From Amoeboaphelidium protococcarum X5 (Eukaryota > Fungi > Aphelidiomycota), in assembly GCA_023515725.1 (NCBI GenBank), contig JALDTO010000192.1, positions 62,001-126,000 on the forward strand: a stretch of DNA of 64,000 bases, in the 5' to 3' direction. Each line of letters begins with the position of its first letter. Position 1 is the stretch's first letter. Below, piece after piece: positions 51,339 through 64,000 of this stretch. The translations under genes and the position numbers were made by a program. Below the pieces are notes generated by a model. The model was not told the DNA's origin. It saw nothing but the letters and a program-made list of their open reading frames with translations, and searched no databases.

Positions 51339-52464
51339 AGTGATGAATGAGACAGAGGCTTCAAAAGTAATACATTTTTTCAAATTTGACTCTTGACTTG
51401 CGCTTGTAATTTGTTCATGAACAATCTTTAATCTGCTACAGCAATCGACGCGGTAGCAAGTCCGCTTTGTAATGCGCAGATCTTTGGACTATGCAAAATC
51501 ACCGAGGTATTACCGCAATTTTCAAGATTGAATAGCACTGAACACATTTTTTAGAGAAGCTCACTAATTCTAAAAACCATGACGCTGAACTAATCATCGA
51601 GTGATAAACAAGACACGCCTCTCAAAAAAATGAGCAGTGAAAATGTCTCAGAAGAGAACAATTAGTGAAGGGGAAATATAGAGATACAAAGTGAAGTCTA
51701 CCTTTAGAGCTTATGTCCATAGCTCGGTGTTTTATAGTCTTTCAGTCAAATGGACTACCACGAAACTGCGAGTAACATTGATGCAGATTCTCGTCAGAGT
51801 CACAGTTAAGTGGGTCACTGAGCACAGCAGTGACGGCACCAGAAGATTAGGAAACAGTCCTGATGGGGAACACAGCCCGGATGAGCATACAAGCTCGGAG
51901 AGAAGACACAGCTTCCATTACTATTTCATCACTCATAATATCCACTAAACTCATGTTTATCGGTAACTCTGGGAAAGAGGCGCGTCTCCTTGATCACTGC
52001 GTGATGAACTCAACTTTAATAATCTTCGACACGTTCCACTCGTCTAACATTCACCAAGGAGATTATACTCTATTTAAATCGCCCAATCATCTAGCTATTG
52101 CAATCAATCAGCTTTCACTAGATAATGATCTTTCAACTACAGCGCGCTCTTCAATCAATATTTGAAGTTGATTACAAGAGCGCTTATATTCAATGATCCG
52201 TGATAATTTACAGCTCAGTTTCATGATCACATAGACTTACATGGTAATTTACGACTAGTTCTTAGTAACTCGTACTTACTTCGTCATTAAGATAACAGTT
52301 GGATTTTCACGAGACGTGACGCTGTGTTACGTGTACTGTAATTAACCAATAAGAAGGTTGCACTATAAATTCACGTTATCTTACAGCATTTTCTTTTCTT
52401 CTAAATGAAAAAATAATAATTATAAAGTTATCTATAAACTAATAGAAATCTATCTTACCTAAAA

Positions 52465-52848
52465 ATGAAGTTCGTCCTAATTCAGTCTATTGCTATGATC
52501 TTTGCAGCTGGCGCGTTTGCTGAAACAGCTACCACCGATGCAGTTGGCTCGTGTGGTGTTGGAAAGCCATGTCCTTAAGGCCTCTGTTGCTCCAACTATG
52601 GATTCTGTGGCACTGGTGACCAGTATTGTGGTCTGGGCTGTAAGAATGACCTTTCTAACGGTTTATGCAAGAAGAATGACGTGAAATTGCCAATCTCCAC
52701 TGATGGTCGCTGTGGTCTGCAGTCTGACGGCTCTAAGCTGCATTGTCCGCAGGGCGCGTGTTGTAGTCCTCACGGTTACTGTGGCTTCACTGATGAATTC
52801 TGTTGTGCTAAGAGCGGATGTCAGAAGGAATTCGGTGTCTGCAAGTGA
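52465..52848 (+). CDS. Secreted chitin-binding lectin, 2x CBM18 (recent duplicate of 50952-51338)
   Basis: Near-identical CDS and ~120 bp of upstream sequence. Confidence 0.92.
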
Positions 52849-53152
52849 AGAAATGATGAATGAGCGGAAGTTTATAGAAATGCAATTTTAGAAATCAGTC
52901 GTTTTTATTATGGCTTTTATTTTTCCAATGCTAACAGAGATATTTTACAATTATCTTTTTGGTTGAAAAGTGAAACAATGGCCGATGGATCTACATCCAA
53001 AACATAGCGCGTTTCACTTTGACGCGTCCCGTCAACACGCACCATTGTTGAAACAACAATAACAAACATGAATGAACGACAATCGCTGAATTGTAAATTC
53101 CGATCTCTTTCTATCTAAATTTTGTATCTGTAAACTAAACGTATTCGAAGAA

Positions 53153-53692
53153 ATGTTCTCTATCAAAGTTATAATCTGTCTCGCTGCTGTCGCTTGCTCA
53201 TTTGTCTTGGCGCAGTCATCAGGTCCTGGTGCTTGTGGGAATGGAGTATCTTGTGCATCTGGTCTGTGTTGCAGCTAGTATGGTTATTGTGGGCAAGGTG
53301 ATGCCTACTGTGGGAACGGGTGCCAAAACTAATGGTCCAGCAATGTCTGTCAGTTTCCTGGTAACTCCTCTGCTCCTATTTCTACTGATGGCCGCTGTGG
53401 GAGATTGCCTGATGGCTTGGAATTCAGGTGTCCGTCTGGAAACTGTTGCAGCTAGAGTGGCTACTGCGGCTCAGCTGTAGAATACTGCGGCCTGGGTTGT
53501 AATCCTCCTTACTCTAATGGCAATTGCTTGAGTAATGTGCAACAATCTGTTGATGGTCGCTGCGGTCGACAAGGTGATGGCACTACACTTGTATGTCCAC
53601 CTGGAGCATGCTGCAGCTCGTATGGCTACTGTGGCTTCTCATCAGCTCATTGCGACCAAGGTTGTAACAGGCAATTTGGAAAGTGTAACTGA
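53153..53692 (+). CDS. Secreted chitin-binding lectin, 3x CBM18
   Basis: Signal peptide plus three CG..C....CCS..GYCG....C..GC units. Confidence 0.92.
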
Positions 53693-53843
53693 ACCAATTC
53701 AAACCATTGATCATTCATTCTGCAATATATCTTTTTAATCATGAGCCATTCTTCACAATTCTTTTTGAGATTTTAAGCAGTCATAAAGATTAAAGCACTA
53801 TCATTCAAGTCCGAATTTGTTATAAGCAGTAGCTACCATTTCA

Positions 53844-55652
53844 TCACCAGTTTTTTATCAAAGATAAAACTTCACTAATTTACGCGCGTTTATTCTAGTC
53901 GGAATGCAGCATTCTTTGAAGAACCAGTCTAGTTGCGTGCTCATCAATTTCTTACAACTCTGGACTATTATTGATATTTGATTAACCGGACTGGACACCA
54001 GGCTCGCGACTATCTTGAATGGCAGAAGGTTAATAATGCCTTCCTCCAGTAGCCATAGAATATAGGATCAATCCAAGAGCCCATATATCCGCTTCCGGAC
54101 CATAATATCCTTTGCCAGATAAAACCTCTGGGCTAGCCATGAAAGACGTGCCATAACGGTAAAATTTGGAGCCAGGCTCAAGGTATCGAGCCATTCCAAA
54201 ATCAACCAATTTGACTACATACTGGGTATTTCGGGTATCAGTGATTTGTAAGTTAGTTTTTCTACGATTTGACCACTCAAACAATTTACCAACGGTTCGC
54301 AATTTTCCAGATTTTGGATGAGCAGGTGCGTGTTCAATGACGAGGACGTTTTCGAGTTTGAAGTCCAGATAAGCAATATCAAGCAGATTTATCGCGGAAA
54401 ATATATTAACAAGCTACCGAAAGATATTCTTATAGACTGCAGGTTAACACGCTACATGACTCTAAGTCTAAATAAAGTGATATAATGAGCCTTGATCGTT
54501 TCGCAGAGGTTTTTTGATGAACACATTAGATTATATGGACGACGACCGTGAGCTTAGAGCTGAGCTACTATTGGGAATAACCATTTACTATCTATGTTAA
54601 ACAGTGGGAGCATTACTGTTGTTGATCTTTGAGCTCTTCATAATCATATTAGATTGAGGAGATACTGGGGACTGAGATATTGAATATGCAAAAGACGCGA
54701 CTCTTTCCATCACCACAAAAATGTAATCCGGTCCTTCAAACCAATCTATCAGCTTTACCACACCAGGTACTGACTAAAGAACTCTCAAGATATGTAGTTC
54801 CATTGGCACCAGACGATTATAATGCTCATCAAACACCGTTGATGAGGGATCAATAAAATTCACTTTCGGCAAACACTTAATAGCAACGTTCTCTTTAGTA
54901 TTGCGCGTGGTGGCCTCTAATACAATTCCATTCCCACCCCAACCGAGTAGGGACTTCAAACGGTACTGTCTTGTCTCTTATGTAGGTATAGATTTTTGTA
55001 ATCGCTTCACTTCTTTCACAACTAAAGTCAGCTCATCTGTATTCTAATTACCTTCAAGATCTAGGAAGTGCTTTAATTTATATCGCGATGGATTCTCTTA
55101 TAGCTCTCTAATGTCAATCCATTAAGGTGCTGCGTCAGACTATTGATCTTTAATCGGAAGTTTATCTTTGGGTGAGCTATGCTGTCTCAAGTCGCCAAAC
55201 TAAAATAAGACATTCCTCTATTGACTTTTATCATTGATTTCAACCAATTAACGCCCATAATCGTCATATTGTACAGAATAAACGATATTAGCTGTATCAT
55301 CAGATTAATCGCCGTCCATATCAATATCGCGTTAGGAGAGCCAACGCGTGAATAAATCAATGCCAGTTACAAAGTAGACGAGTTTAGCTATTCGTTGCAG
55401 TACCTTTTCACCAAACTTGTATGGCCTATGAATCTGCTAACGACCAGCACTGTCTAAATATTACCGCTAATCATGATCTGCATGACTGCCTGCGCTTGTA
55501 TTAGACGTGTCAATCCGCAGCTGAGGTTTATCGCTTTGACGCGCTTCGATCAAATCATCGTTGGATTCACTTCTATAAACCGCCCTGAGACGATTACTTT
55601 GACCACTGGCATCCTAATTGACATCTTCCATATCTTCGTTAAGCTTTTCCAT
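53844..55652 (-). CDS. Ser/Thr protein kinase (CAMK/PIM/PASK-like)
   Basis: LGWGGNG, VAIK, AYLDFKLEN, DFGMA, SPE and DIWALG; open frame back to ATG 55652. Confidence 0.85.
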
Positions 55653-56028
55653 AATCACAATTTATTATGATGGATGGATTAAGAGACTTAAATATCGAAG
55701 CAGCCATTTAAAGAGGTTAAATATAGACTCAGCGACTAAGTTATGATCAGTGATTCCAAACGCAACGAGTTTGACATTTACGATAAGCCTTCATTAACAT
55801 CTAGTTATGGATTAACTGCATCATTCATTAAAAGCAGATTCAATTACCGATCATTTCAAAGCAACACAAGTCACAGGTTCAATAAGTCTCTTCAAAGATC
55901 ATATATAGCGAACAGTGTTAGTTTTCATAGAGGCCGTTCGCTCCAACAAAATTCCTCCTCTCTGTTTCTTTTTCCCAATAAAGTCGTTACGCATAATCTT
56001 CGCAAATTGACAATATCATCATTAAAAT

Positions 56029-56928
56029 ATGCCTATCGATCCTAATAGTATTCCATCTAATAAAGAAATTGAGGCATAGACTCTACTTGAAAGGGCCGAG
56101 AAGAAGGTGAACTCTTTTGGATTCTTCGGCCTCGGCGGGAGTAGAGAGAGCAAGTTGGAAGAGGCTGCGGACATGTGTGCCAAGGCTGGTAATCTGTATA
56201 AGATTGAAAAGAAATGGAAGCAGGCAGGTGAAGCATATGAGAAAGCTGCGGATTATGCTCTGCAAATGAATGATCTGGACGTGGCCAGCAGTAATCTGGT
56301 GGAGGCGAGCAAGTCATTCAAGAAGGTTAGTCCAGAGGAGGCCATAAAGAGTTTGACCCGCGCCGTGGAGATGTTGAAGGAGCGTGGTAGATTCCATCCG
56401 GCCGCCAATTATATGAAGCAGATTGGAGAGATTTACGAGAGTGATATAGTGGACCCCAAGCTTGCAATGTAGTACTATGAAGAAGCTGCCGACTTGTACT
56501 CTGGTGAAGATTCCTCTGGACTTGCGAATTAATGCTGGCTTAAAGTTGCCACATTTGCCGCCCAATTGGAGTAATACGATAAAGCTATTGAAAAGTTTGA
56601 AAGTGTTGCCGCCACGTCGCTTGACAATAATTTGACCAAATACAGTGCAAAGAATTACTTTTTAAATGCTGGACTTTGTCACTTGTGTAAGGACCCAGTT
56701 GGTGCCAGGAAGGCTGTGGAGAAGTATCAAGATTTGGATTCTACATTCTCGCAAAGTCGTGAGTGTCAATTGCTCTTGAATCTACTGGATGCTTTAGAGG
56801 CTGGAGATTAGCCTGCCTTCACTGGACACGTTGCAGATTATGATAGAATGTCCAAGTTGGATCCATGGAAGACCACAGTGTTGCTGAGAGTGAAGAGGAC
56901 AATCAATGAAGAACCAAGCTTGACTTGA
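56029..56928 (+). CDS. SEC17: Alpha-SNAP
   Basis: [58 protein letters not shown]. Confidence 0.95.
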
Positions 56929-57023
56929 TTTGATAAAGGGACGCTAATTCTATTATAACTTGTCTGACTGTAATAACTATTAATAATTCTACTCATACAT
57001 AATCATCACATTTACCATCACTA

Positions 57024-59711
57024 TCACTTCATTGACACGTTACTCTCTTAATGGAATTTACTTCCAATCTTTAAATCTCCGTTGATATTACAGACAGTTC
57101 CATCGGTGCGGACGTACAGCTTTTCGCAAAGCATTCCAGCAGCAGTTGCAGTGTCTTTGATGTTATGAGACGGACTGAACTATTCTCCTTCTGCAGCAGT
57201 CGTAGATTCAAACTATGATACGCTATCTCTTCTAGTATCGGTACTCTATTCAAAAGTCTGGGTTTCCACCGCGATGTTAGTATCAGGGCCAGGTGACAAT
57301 TCTTACTATAATGACGCTTACTAGGCGAAACATTCGTGGACAAACTGGCCGATTCTTTTAAAAGCAACATCAGCTTGATGAAGCCACTCAAAGAAATGCC
57401 ATACATGTACCATATCTTAATACACCTCTAGCCTTACTTGCTTTGTGCTTATTGTACTGGAGGCAGATGAGCTATCACAACCAGCCGAAATCTTGTGGTA
57501 CAATAACAAGCTTTCATCTAACAAGTACTCCTTTTCGCCACACTGTATCAATATTCTACCCAGTCCGTGCCCGACATCGCCATATACGCCACTAACTAAT
57601 CCGCTTTCACAAGATAAAAGACTTTCACCAGTTTTGAGTCTTCGCCCAACATCATCTTCATCACCAGACGTTAATTGCTTATTACTATGATTATGACGAT
57701 ACCAGCCAACAAAGTGCGACATGATATTCTCAGTGTCCATGATATGCAGTTGAGGAATGTAATCATATTCATGATTCCTGGCCCAGGATGGCAGTGAACA
57801 TGTCAGCTCTACCCATGGACTGATGAGAACACTTGCTGCAGGCATAGGCACACCCAAATCGCGAAGGTGAAGAAGCAAAGATAGAGATAATCCTCCACCT
57901 GCTGAATCGCCCATAATCACAATGTTCTCAGCTCTTACCATATTGTCTTAGGACAGATTAACAGATTTTCCACAGAGAACTGCGGGATGAGGAAAATCAG
58001 GATCCAGTTCAAACATTTCGAAATACGCCATAGACAATTGATCATCATAGTTCCCCTGCAACAGATGAATATACGAAGATGTAGAATCAATCAGAGCTGC
58101 GGGAAATGCAAACTCTGGAGTTCTTCGATAATCCACAGCCAGTACTCTGCAGCCAGTATCACGGCTGATCTTCCAAGTTAAAGATCTATGTGTCTCCGAT
58201 GACATGATACAATAACCTCCTCCATGAATATAGAGCACCACTTTATCCTCACTATACTCACAATCTGCCAATCTGGTGAAATAATCAAGTGGTTTGTCAG
58301 ACTTAAATTTCTTCTATGCCGACTACAATTACCGCAAAGAGATGAGCAATTATCTTCGTGCTTTAGTGAGCTTATACTCAGCAGTCAAAGATCGCTTGTG
58401 CTTTAGTAGACTTTAGTCTTTCAGAGATATTAGTTCAGTGCTAAACGATGGCACCAGCCCGCTCTTAGGTTGAGAGTTCACCAACTCTTCATCGTTAAGA
58501 GCTCTCATCCAGCATTTAAAATGATCCGACGACCAAAGGGCGGATTATGATGAACGTTATGATTAAGAAAAGATAGACGTAGACCGTGTCAGCGACTGCC
58601 ACTCAGATACAGCAGCATTCAGAGCGGCGATAAAGTTCTCGGCAGCTGTAACAACTTGATCGCCGTATTTATTCATCATTTTCTGTTTGGCCTGCTTTAT
58701 TACGCAAGGATGGGAAATCCACTCACCTCCTATGTGACTGTGATGTCCCTCGCCATGAGGATGAATACTGAAGCGTGCGCGTGTCAATTATCTCAGCTTA
58801 TCTGCCCTATTTAGGTGCATGTGATACTAATACTAGAAATGCAAATGTGCGTCCCTGTCAGACTACTTCTATTCACGAACTAGAGGTGATACCCAATCCA
58901 GTCTCCTTATAGATTACACTCCAGATAGATCAAATTGCTACAGATGTCCGTCGAATGATAAATCATCTGTAAAATTACCATCTGGGAGCCTCAATTTCTA
59001 TATGAGCACATTCCTAGGTACAAATGGGTATGTAAAATTGGATAGCACTCTGACGGCATTCAGTGATAAATCGTGATGAAGAAGTCCGCGAATGGCAGCA
59101 ATCACAATACTAAACGACAGGCTCCAGGACTTTGGTGGATTAAACGCCTCAATAGAACTCTTCAGCTACTTATTACTGTCTTCAGAAACATTACAGCTAT
59201 TTGGATCAGAATTATGGCCAATTTATTTAATCAAGTACTTTCTTTCTTTATAAGCAAGAAACTAGTAGCGGTAACTCAACAACTATTACTGGGTCATATT
59301 GGCGTACGGCACTGCATCATTCTAATAAGAGCGATCAATTGTTATGGCGGTCTCACCGGAAACACCGCCTCGAGTGTCAATGTAAAATGATGGAACGAAA
59401 TTCTCATCGCCCAACACTCGATCGCTGACGAAATCTGATAAGGAGTGCTGCAATCGTTATAAATTACCATTAATCATCCCTAAAACTCTATCGGAAGTAT
59501 ACCGCTTCATCAAGTGAACGACTGATAGTGACTAGTTCTTGAACACTATAGGAAGCTCAGCAATGACTGAATAACCCAGAGCGATTTTATGCAGAAGCCC
59601 AGGTTGTATCAGCGACCATTCCTAGACTAAATGTTAATTGTCGGCGACATTACTTATGTCCTTCATAATGCCAGCATCCACATCTTCTACAGAAATAGTG
59701 GGTACATTCAT
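57024..59711 (-). CDS. Hormone-sensitive-lipase family alpha/beta hydrolase with long insertions (895 aa)
   Basis: LYIHGGGY, VDYRRTPEFAFPAA, GDSAGG, ISPWV, GEKEYLLDE and DMVHVWH. Confidence 0.88.
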
Positions 59712-60333
59712 TTGTATTAGACGTTTCTATCTCAGTATAGGACGAACGGAATCATTAATTATTATCACGAGGAGAAGGAGAAAGATTCGTCGAGGAGTTG
59801 AAACAATCAATCTCAAATCGCTCGTTCTGTTTCTGTTTCTGTTTCTGTTTGTCATCTGAAACAAATTTCACACGGCCTCATTCAGCAGTATTGTCTAACG
59901 GATAACAGTATGCTTTCACTTTATAATCACTTGACTCTTCGCCAAAACCTCAAGATTTAAAGTGGAAGAGTCCATGACTGAGCTGATGTCGCTTCACTTG
60001 CTCTATAGAGGCTCATCTTGACTCACAATGCAGAGACTGCCTGTCAAAGGAGTGAGCGACCCATGCCATTAATCATACAGTGCTTGTTGGAGCAATACTT
60101 TCTACCCGAATAGTTTTCATCTATTGATACAAGAAAACGCTGACTTTTAAAATAACTGCCAAGTTTATATTTCTTGATCACGACTAAATTTTAGTGAAAA
60201 GTGTGAAAAAATGAGATGAGTGAGATTACTCTAGGATCCTGACTTTTGCGTTGAGCGAAATGCGACCCCTTGCAATTGATAAGGCTATCTAATAGTTTTG
60301 CTAAAGAGTAATTTCCACACAAGCTTTAAATAT

Positions 60334-61338
60334 ATGACCAGCCTTGCGCATATATTGATAGTAATCACCATAGTCTTATCTGAATTCCTGGACGCTGTTG
60401 ATTAATAACGCGATTAATAGATGAAAGAATTTAGGAGAGGAAGATACTCAAGTCGGAGTCTCCCATTGACATCAGGAGAATTGTCTTTAAAGGAGAGATC
60501 CGATTATAAACGCAAGTCATTGTACCTGTTGGACGACGCATTATTCGTGCAATATTGGTAGCCTGAAAACTCTGAGAAAGTAGTTTTATTTGCCACGGGT
60601 TATGGAGAATATTCTGGACGTTGGGCTAAGCATTTTGGATAATATCTTGACGCCGGCTATACAGTTGTGTCTTTTGATCACTTTGGTAATGGCCGCTCTT
60701 CTGGCGTGCATGGTCTTATTCATGGTCTTGCTGATTTTGTTGATCCGTTCGATGCTGTAATTAGATTTATTGGTGAGTAATTTCCGGCCTGCTCCAAATT
60801 ATTCATTTTGTCAGATTCAAGCGCGGCCACTGCAGCATTATTGTATACAGTCAAGTACAGACCACCGGAAACTTTGATCGGTATGGCGTTGGTTTGCCCG
60901 TTAATCAAAATTCGCAATCAAGCATCACCGAATGCTTTTGTACGTTTTATTGCAAAGATGCTGAGAAGAGTTTATCCTGCGTTGCCGTTGAGTCCAGCTG
61001 GTAAAGGTAATGCTCATGAAGATCCTCGAGTCGAGGAAGAATTCGAAGCTGATGATGGCGGATATTCTGGATGGATGCGTGTTGCGACTGGCTTGACCTT
61101 TTTGGATGCCATGGAAGCGATTAAAACGCGATTTGCTGATTTGACAGTGTCATTTTTCGTAATGCATGGAGCATAAGATATGATAATTGATATAGAAGGA
61201 AGCGAGTAGTTACTGTAAGAGACTATTTAAATTCCTGAGGACAAAAAGATATTGCGTGTTTACGACGGTGGTCATCATGTTTTGTGGGAAGGATAACCAG
61301 TGTTCCAAGATGCATTACAATACTTCGAAAGCTTTTGA
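60334..61338 (+). CDS. Monoacylglycerol-lipase (Hydrolase_4)-like protein, probably secreted, with atypical elbow
   Basis: TGYGEYSGR, DHFGNGRSSG, SDSSA in place of GHSMG, HGAQD and GGHH. Confidence 0.8.
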
Positions 61339-61587
61339 TATCAGTTGATAATGATTTTTAGGACTCTATAAAGTAGCAGTAGATTGAGTTGTAACTTTGT
61401 CATTATATCAGAGTCGTTCGGAGTGCACGTTTAACAATGTCACTGTTGTAATGACTGCCCAATCACAACAAACTGTTGCGAAATAGTGAACTTGAGCTAT
61501 TTTCATGATCATATAACAAGCCTTGCATGGTAAATTTTCATTTCTTTTAACAGGCAGTTATTTAACTTTGAAATATACAGAAAGACG

Positions 61588-62326
61588 ATGGGTCATACTT
61601 CTAGCAAATCTGAAGGTAAATAGGGAGCTTTTAGTCCAAATTGTAAGTTGCTTTGTATACGTGCAATAAACATTGATATCGCGTGAAACTTGCATTTACT
61701 GTGATTTGTAGTTAGCCGGAAAGAAGTTGCAAAGTTGAAGTTGGAGTTTGAACAAATATCACGAAAGCATGACTCTATCACCAAGGATTAGTTCATGGAT
61801 GTAAGTCACAGGATCATTTTATATAATTGTCAAGTTCATATAATTCATCTGTCGTCAAGTGTAGGTGATCAAAAATCACGTTCAATTCTGGTAGGCTGGT
61901 TCAATGTTTTTGGAGAGATTGTTTGATGCATTTGATGTCAATGGAGATCGTAACATTGACTGCGCCGAGTTTATAAATGGTATGCAGATTCTGATCAGGG
62001 GAACTCCACAGCAGAAGATGGAACTCACTTTCAAGATGTATGATCTGAACAGAGATGGACGCGTCACTTAGAAGGAGATTGTCAAGTTTTTGGCTCAAAT
62101 CTACTCAACGTATTACAATGAAGATCACACTGCTCAAGTGAAGGAAATGGCGAAGCGACTGTTTGATGATCTCGACATTAACGGCGATGGAGAGTTGTCT
62201 TTGGAAGAGTACAAGCTGAGTGCATTGAAAGAGCCCATGCTAATGAACTTTGTTGAACAATTCCTTGGCGAAAAGGAGTGGGATGCTAACAACAATGAGT
62301 AGTAACTAGTATGCGAAGATGACTGA
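61588..62326 (+). CDS. Myristoylated EF-hand calcium sensor (NCS-1/calcineurin-B-like); introns 61643-61711 and 61801-61864
   Basis: MGHTSSK; EF loops DVNGDRNIDCAE, DLNRDGRVTQKE and DINGDGELSLEE. Confidence 0.9.
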
Positions 62327-62684
62327 AATTGTAATTGAATTAAACATGTTTTCATATATATCTTTTTTAAGGTACTGTAGCTTCCTATGTATAGCCTCAA
62401 AATTGCCTATAGAATGGCGCGCCACAGCAAGATTACTCTTTCTCTTGAAACAAACACATGGGGCTCTCAAGGACTAAAGTCACTCATTACACACCCGAGA
62501 CGCGCGTGAATCCTTTAACAACTCACCAAGCCGAATCATCCCGCAGAATGAAGCACCCCCTGATCACTCACTCCTACTTTGAATCTCGTGACAATACCGT
62601 CCTTCAATCTTCTTTTGCTAGTTATTTTTGAAGTGAAATATTATCGTTATACTTTTATCAAATCATCATAAATACCGAGTAATA

Positions 62685-62909
62685 ATGAAGTCTTATATTG
62701 TCGTCTTTAAGTAGGGCACCGCTAAAAATACCATCGAATAGGCTGTGGATCAGGTGAAGAAGGAGGGTGGTAAAATTGGTCATCGTTACGACTCTGTGCT
62801 ACTTGGCTTTAGCTGTGAGATTCCTGAGCAGTTGACCGACTCCCTCAAGTCTTTGGAAGGTGTCGACTATGTTGAAGAGGATCAGGTTATGACTATTTAA
62901 AAAGAATGA
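62685..62909 (+). CDS. Protease inhibitor I9 (Pbi2/POIA1-like)
   Basis: MKSYIVVFK...GGKIGHRYDSVLLGFS...VDYVEEDQVMTI; missed by the ORF track. Confidence 0.88.
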
Positions 62910-62972
62910 TCACTCTAAAATCTATATACAATTGGCGTAGAATTCTAACATTTTTTATAATTCATTGATTTC

Positions 62973-64000
62973 TCAATCTTTTTATACCGGCTCTTAATGT
63001 TACGACTGCTGTTGTTGTAAAAGCTATTGCAATATCTTCTCTATATTGTCTAATCGCTCATCTGTCGTATTAGATTTCGAGGATAACGTTGATTTCTGCA
63101 GGATCTAGGACGACCTCATAGATAGCCGTGGTGTATCATGATCAACGTCAGCACCGTGAGCACTTTCAATATCAGACACGAGACTATTCCGCGAAGATTT
63201 AGTAGTAAGTTTCTTCATTGCAATACCAGCTTTACCATCTACTGCATTATTATCATCAACAACTTCTTCTTCATCATCGTCGTCGCGTTGAATCCACAAT
63301 CCATCTGGAGTCTTATACTTGCTCATCACTGACCACACGGCAATGTAATTTCGACCCACAATGATGGAGGGGAGCGCGATAGAGAGAATACCAAAAGACA
63401 TTGATATGAACGCAACAACCTTACCCCATGCCGTAAGAGGCACCACTTCACCGTACCCAGTCGTGGTCAGAGTTTCAACAATGAACCACATTGACGAGGG
63501 AATAGACATGAAATTGGATTCTATAAAAGGCTCCAGAGATGTGTAAAACTTCTTCTACTCCTGCGAATATGTACCACGCTCAGCAAAGTAAATCAGTGTG
63601 CCCAGACACGTACATATAGTCACAATGAAGAGCATCAAGGCAATCAGAGATTCGGCACTCTTGGCCACAGCAATGAGAAGGACTTCGATAGACAGTTGCA
63701 GCAGAGACTAATACTTGTACACTCTGAACATTCGAAATAAGCGAAATAGACGGAGGATAGAGAATCTCTGAGTCTCCATGTACGGCCTACCGCTGACAAT
63801 AAGTTCAATAAAGAATGGACAGAATGCCAGGATATCAATTATAAACAGTGGACTCTTACAGAAGGACAGAAACTTCTCTAGATTATACGTGTGGCCATAG
63901 AGTCTTACAGCGAATTCCACAGCAAATATTCCCAGTACCACAATCTCTGCATATAGAAAGAACCTCCCCGGAATCGTGTCTTCATTGTTCATGGACGGCA
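62973..64000 (-). CDS. Voltage-gated potassium channel (Kv-like); 5' end outside the window
   Basis: S4 RFSILRLFRLFRMFR, pore MWFIVETLTTTGYGEVVP, S6 IALPSIIV. Confidence 0.9.

Noticed and set aside
51340-52340. ORF-like stretches in the spacer between the duplicated CBM18 genes (also 50340-50810)
   Set aside because: Interrupted by TGA and no recognisable domain.

Overview
Gene-dense, AT-rich eukaryotic DNA from a fungus-like opisthokont. It uses a non-standard nuclear code: TAA/TAG read as Gln and TGA is the only stop (translation table 6). The supplied ORF track therefore fragments or misses most genes. Re-reading by hand gives about 39 CDS. Fungal-type genes combined with TAR=Gln point to an aphelid such as Amoeboaphelidium; this is inference. 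Most genes are housekeeping: Rsm22, Ulp1, Vta1, Ubc1, RPA12, RPC25, FIP1, LAMTOR1-like, condensin G, APC2, FBXO9, RBX1, GDP-fucose transporter, Ku70, securin-like, ACOX, GPI8, COG4, Sec17 and a Kv channel. The notable items are: (1) all 14 introns I could resolve (55-76 nt) end in an invariant TGTAG acceptor; (2) a ~4.07 kb DNA transposon with an intact 1187-aa DxxH-type DDE transposase written in the host code, GGGAT...ATCCC ends, a TSD-like flank and a GCA-triloop hairpin; (3) a loose URC4-UPRT-URC1 uracil-catabolism cluster; (4) a frameshifted Crinkler-like REase-kinase gene; (5) an intronless bacterial-type secreted hydrolase; (6) four secreted CBM18-only lectin genes. Coordinates were counted by hand and start codons are best guesses. 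No database searches were run.
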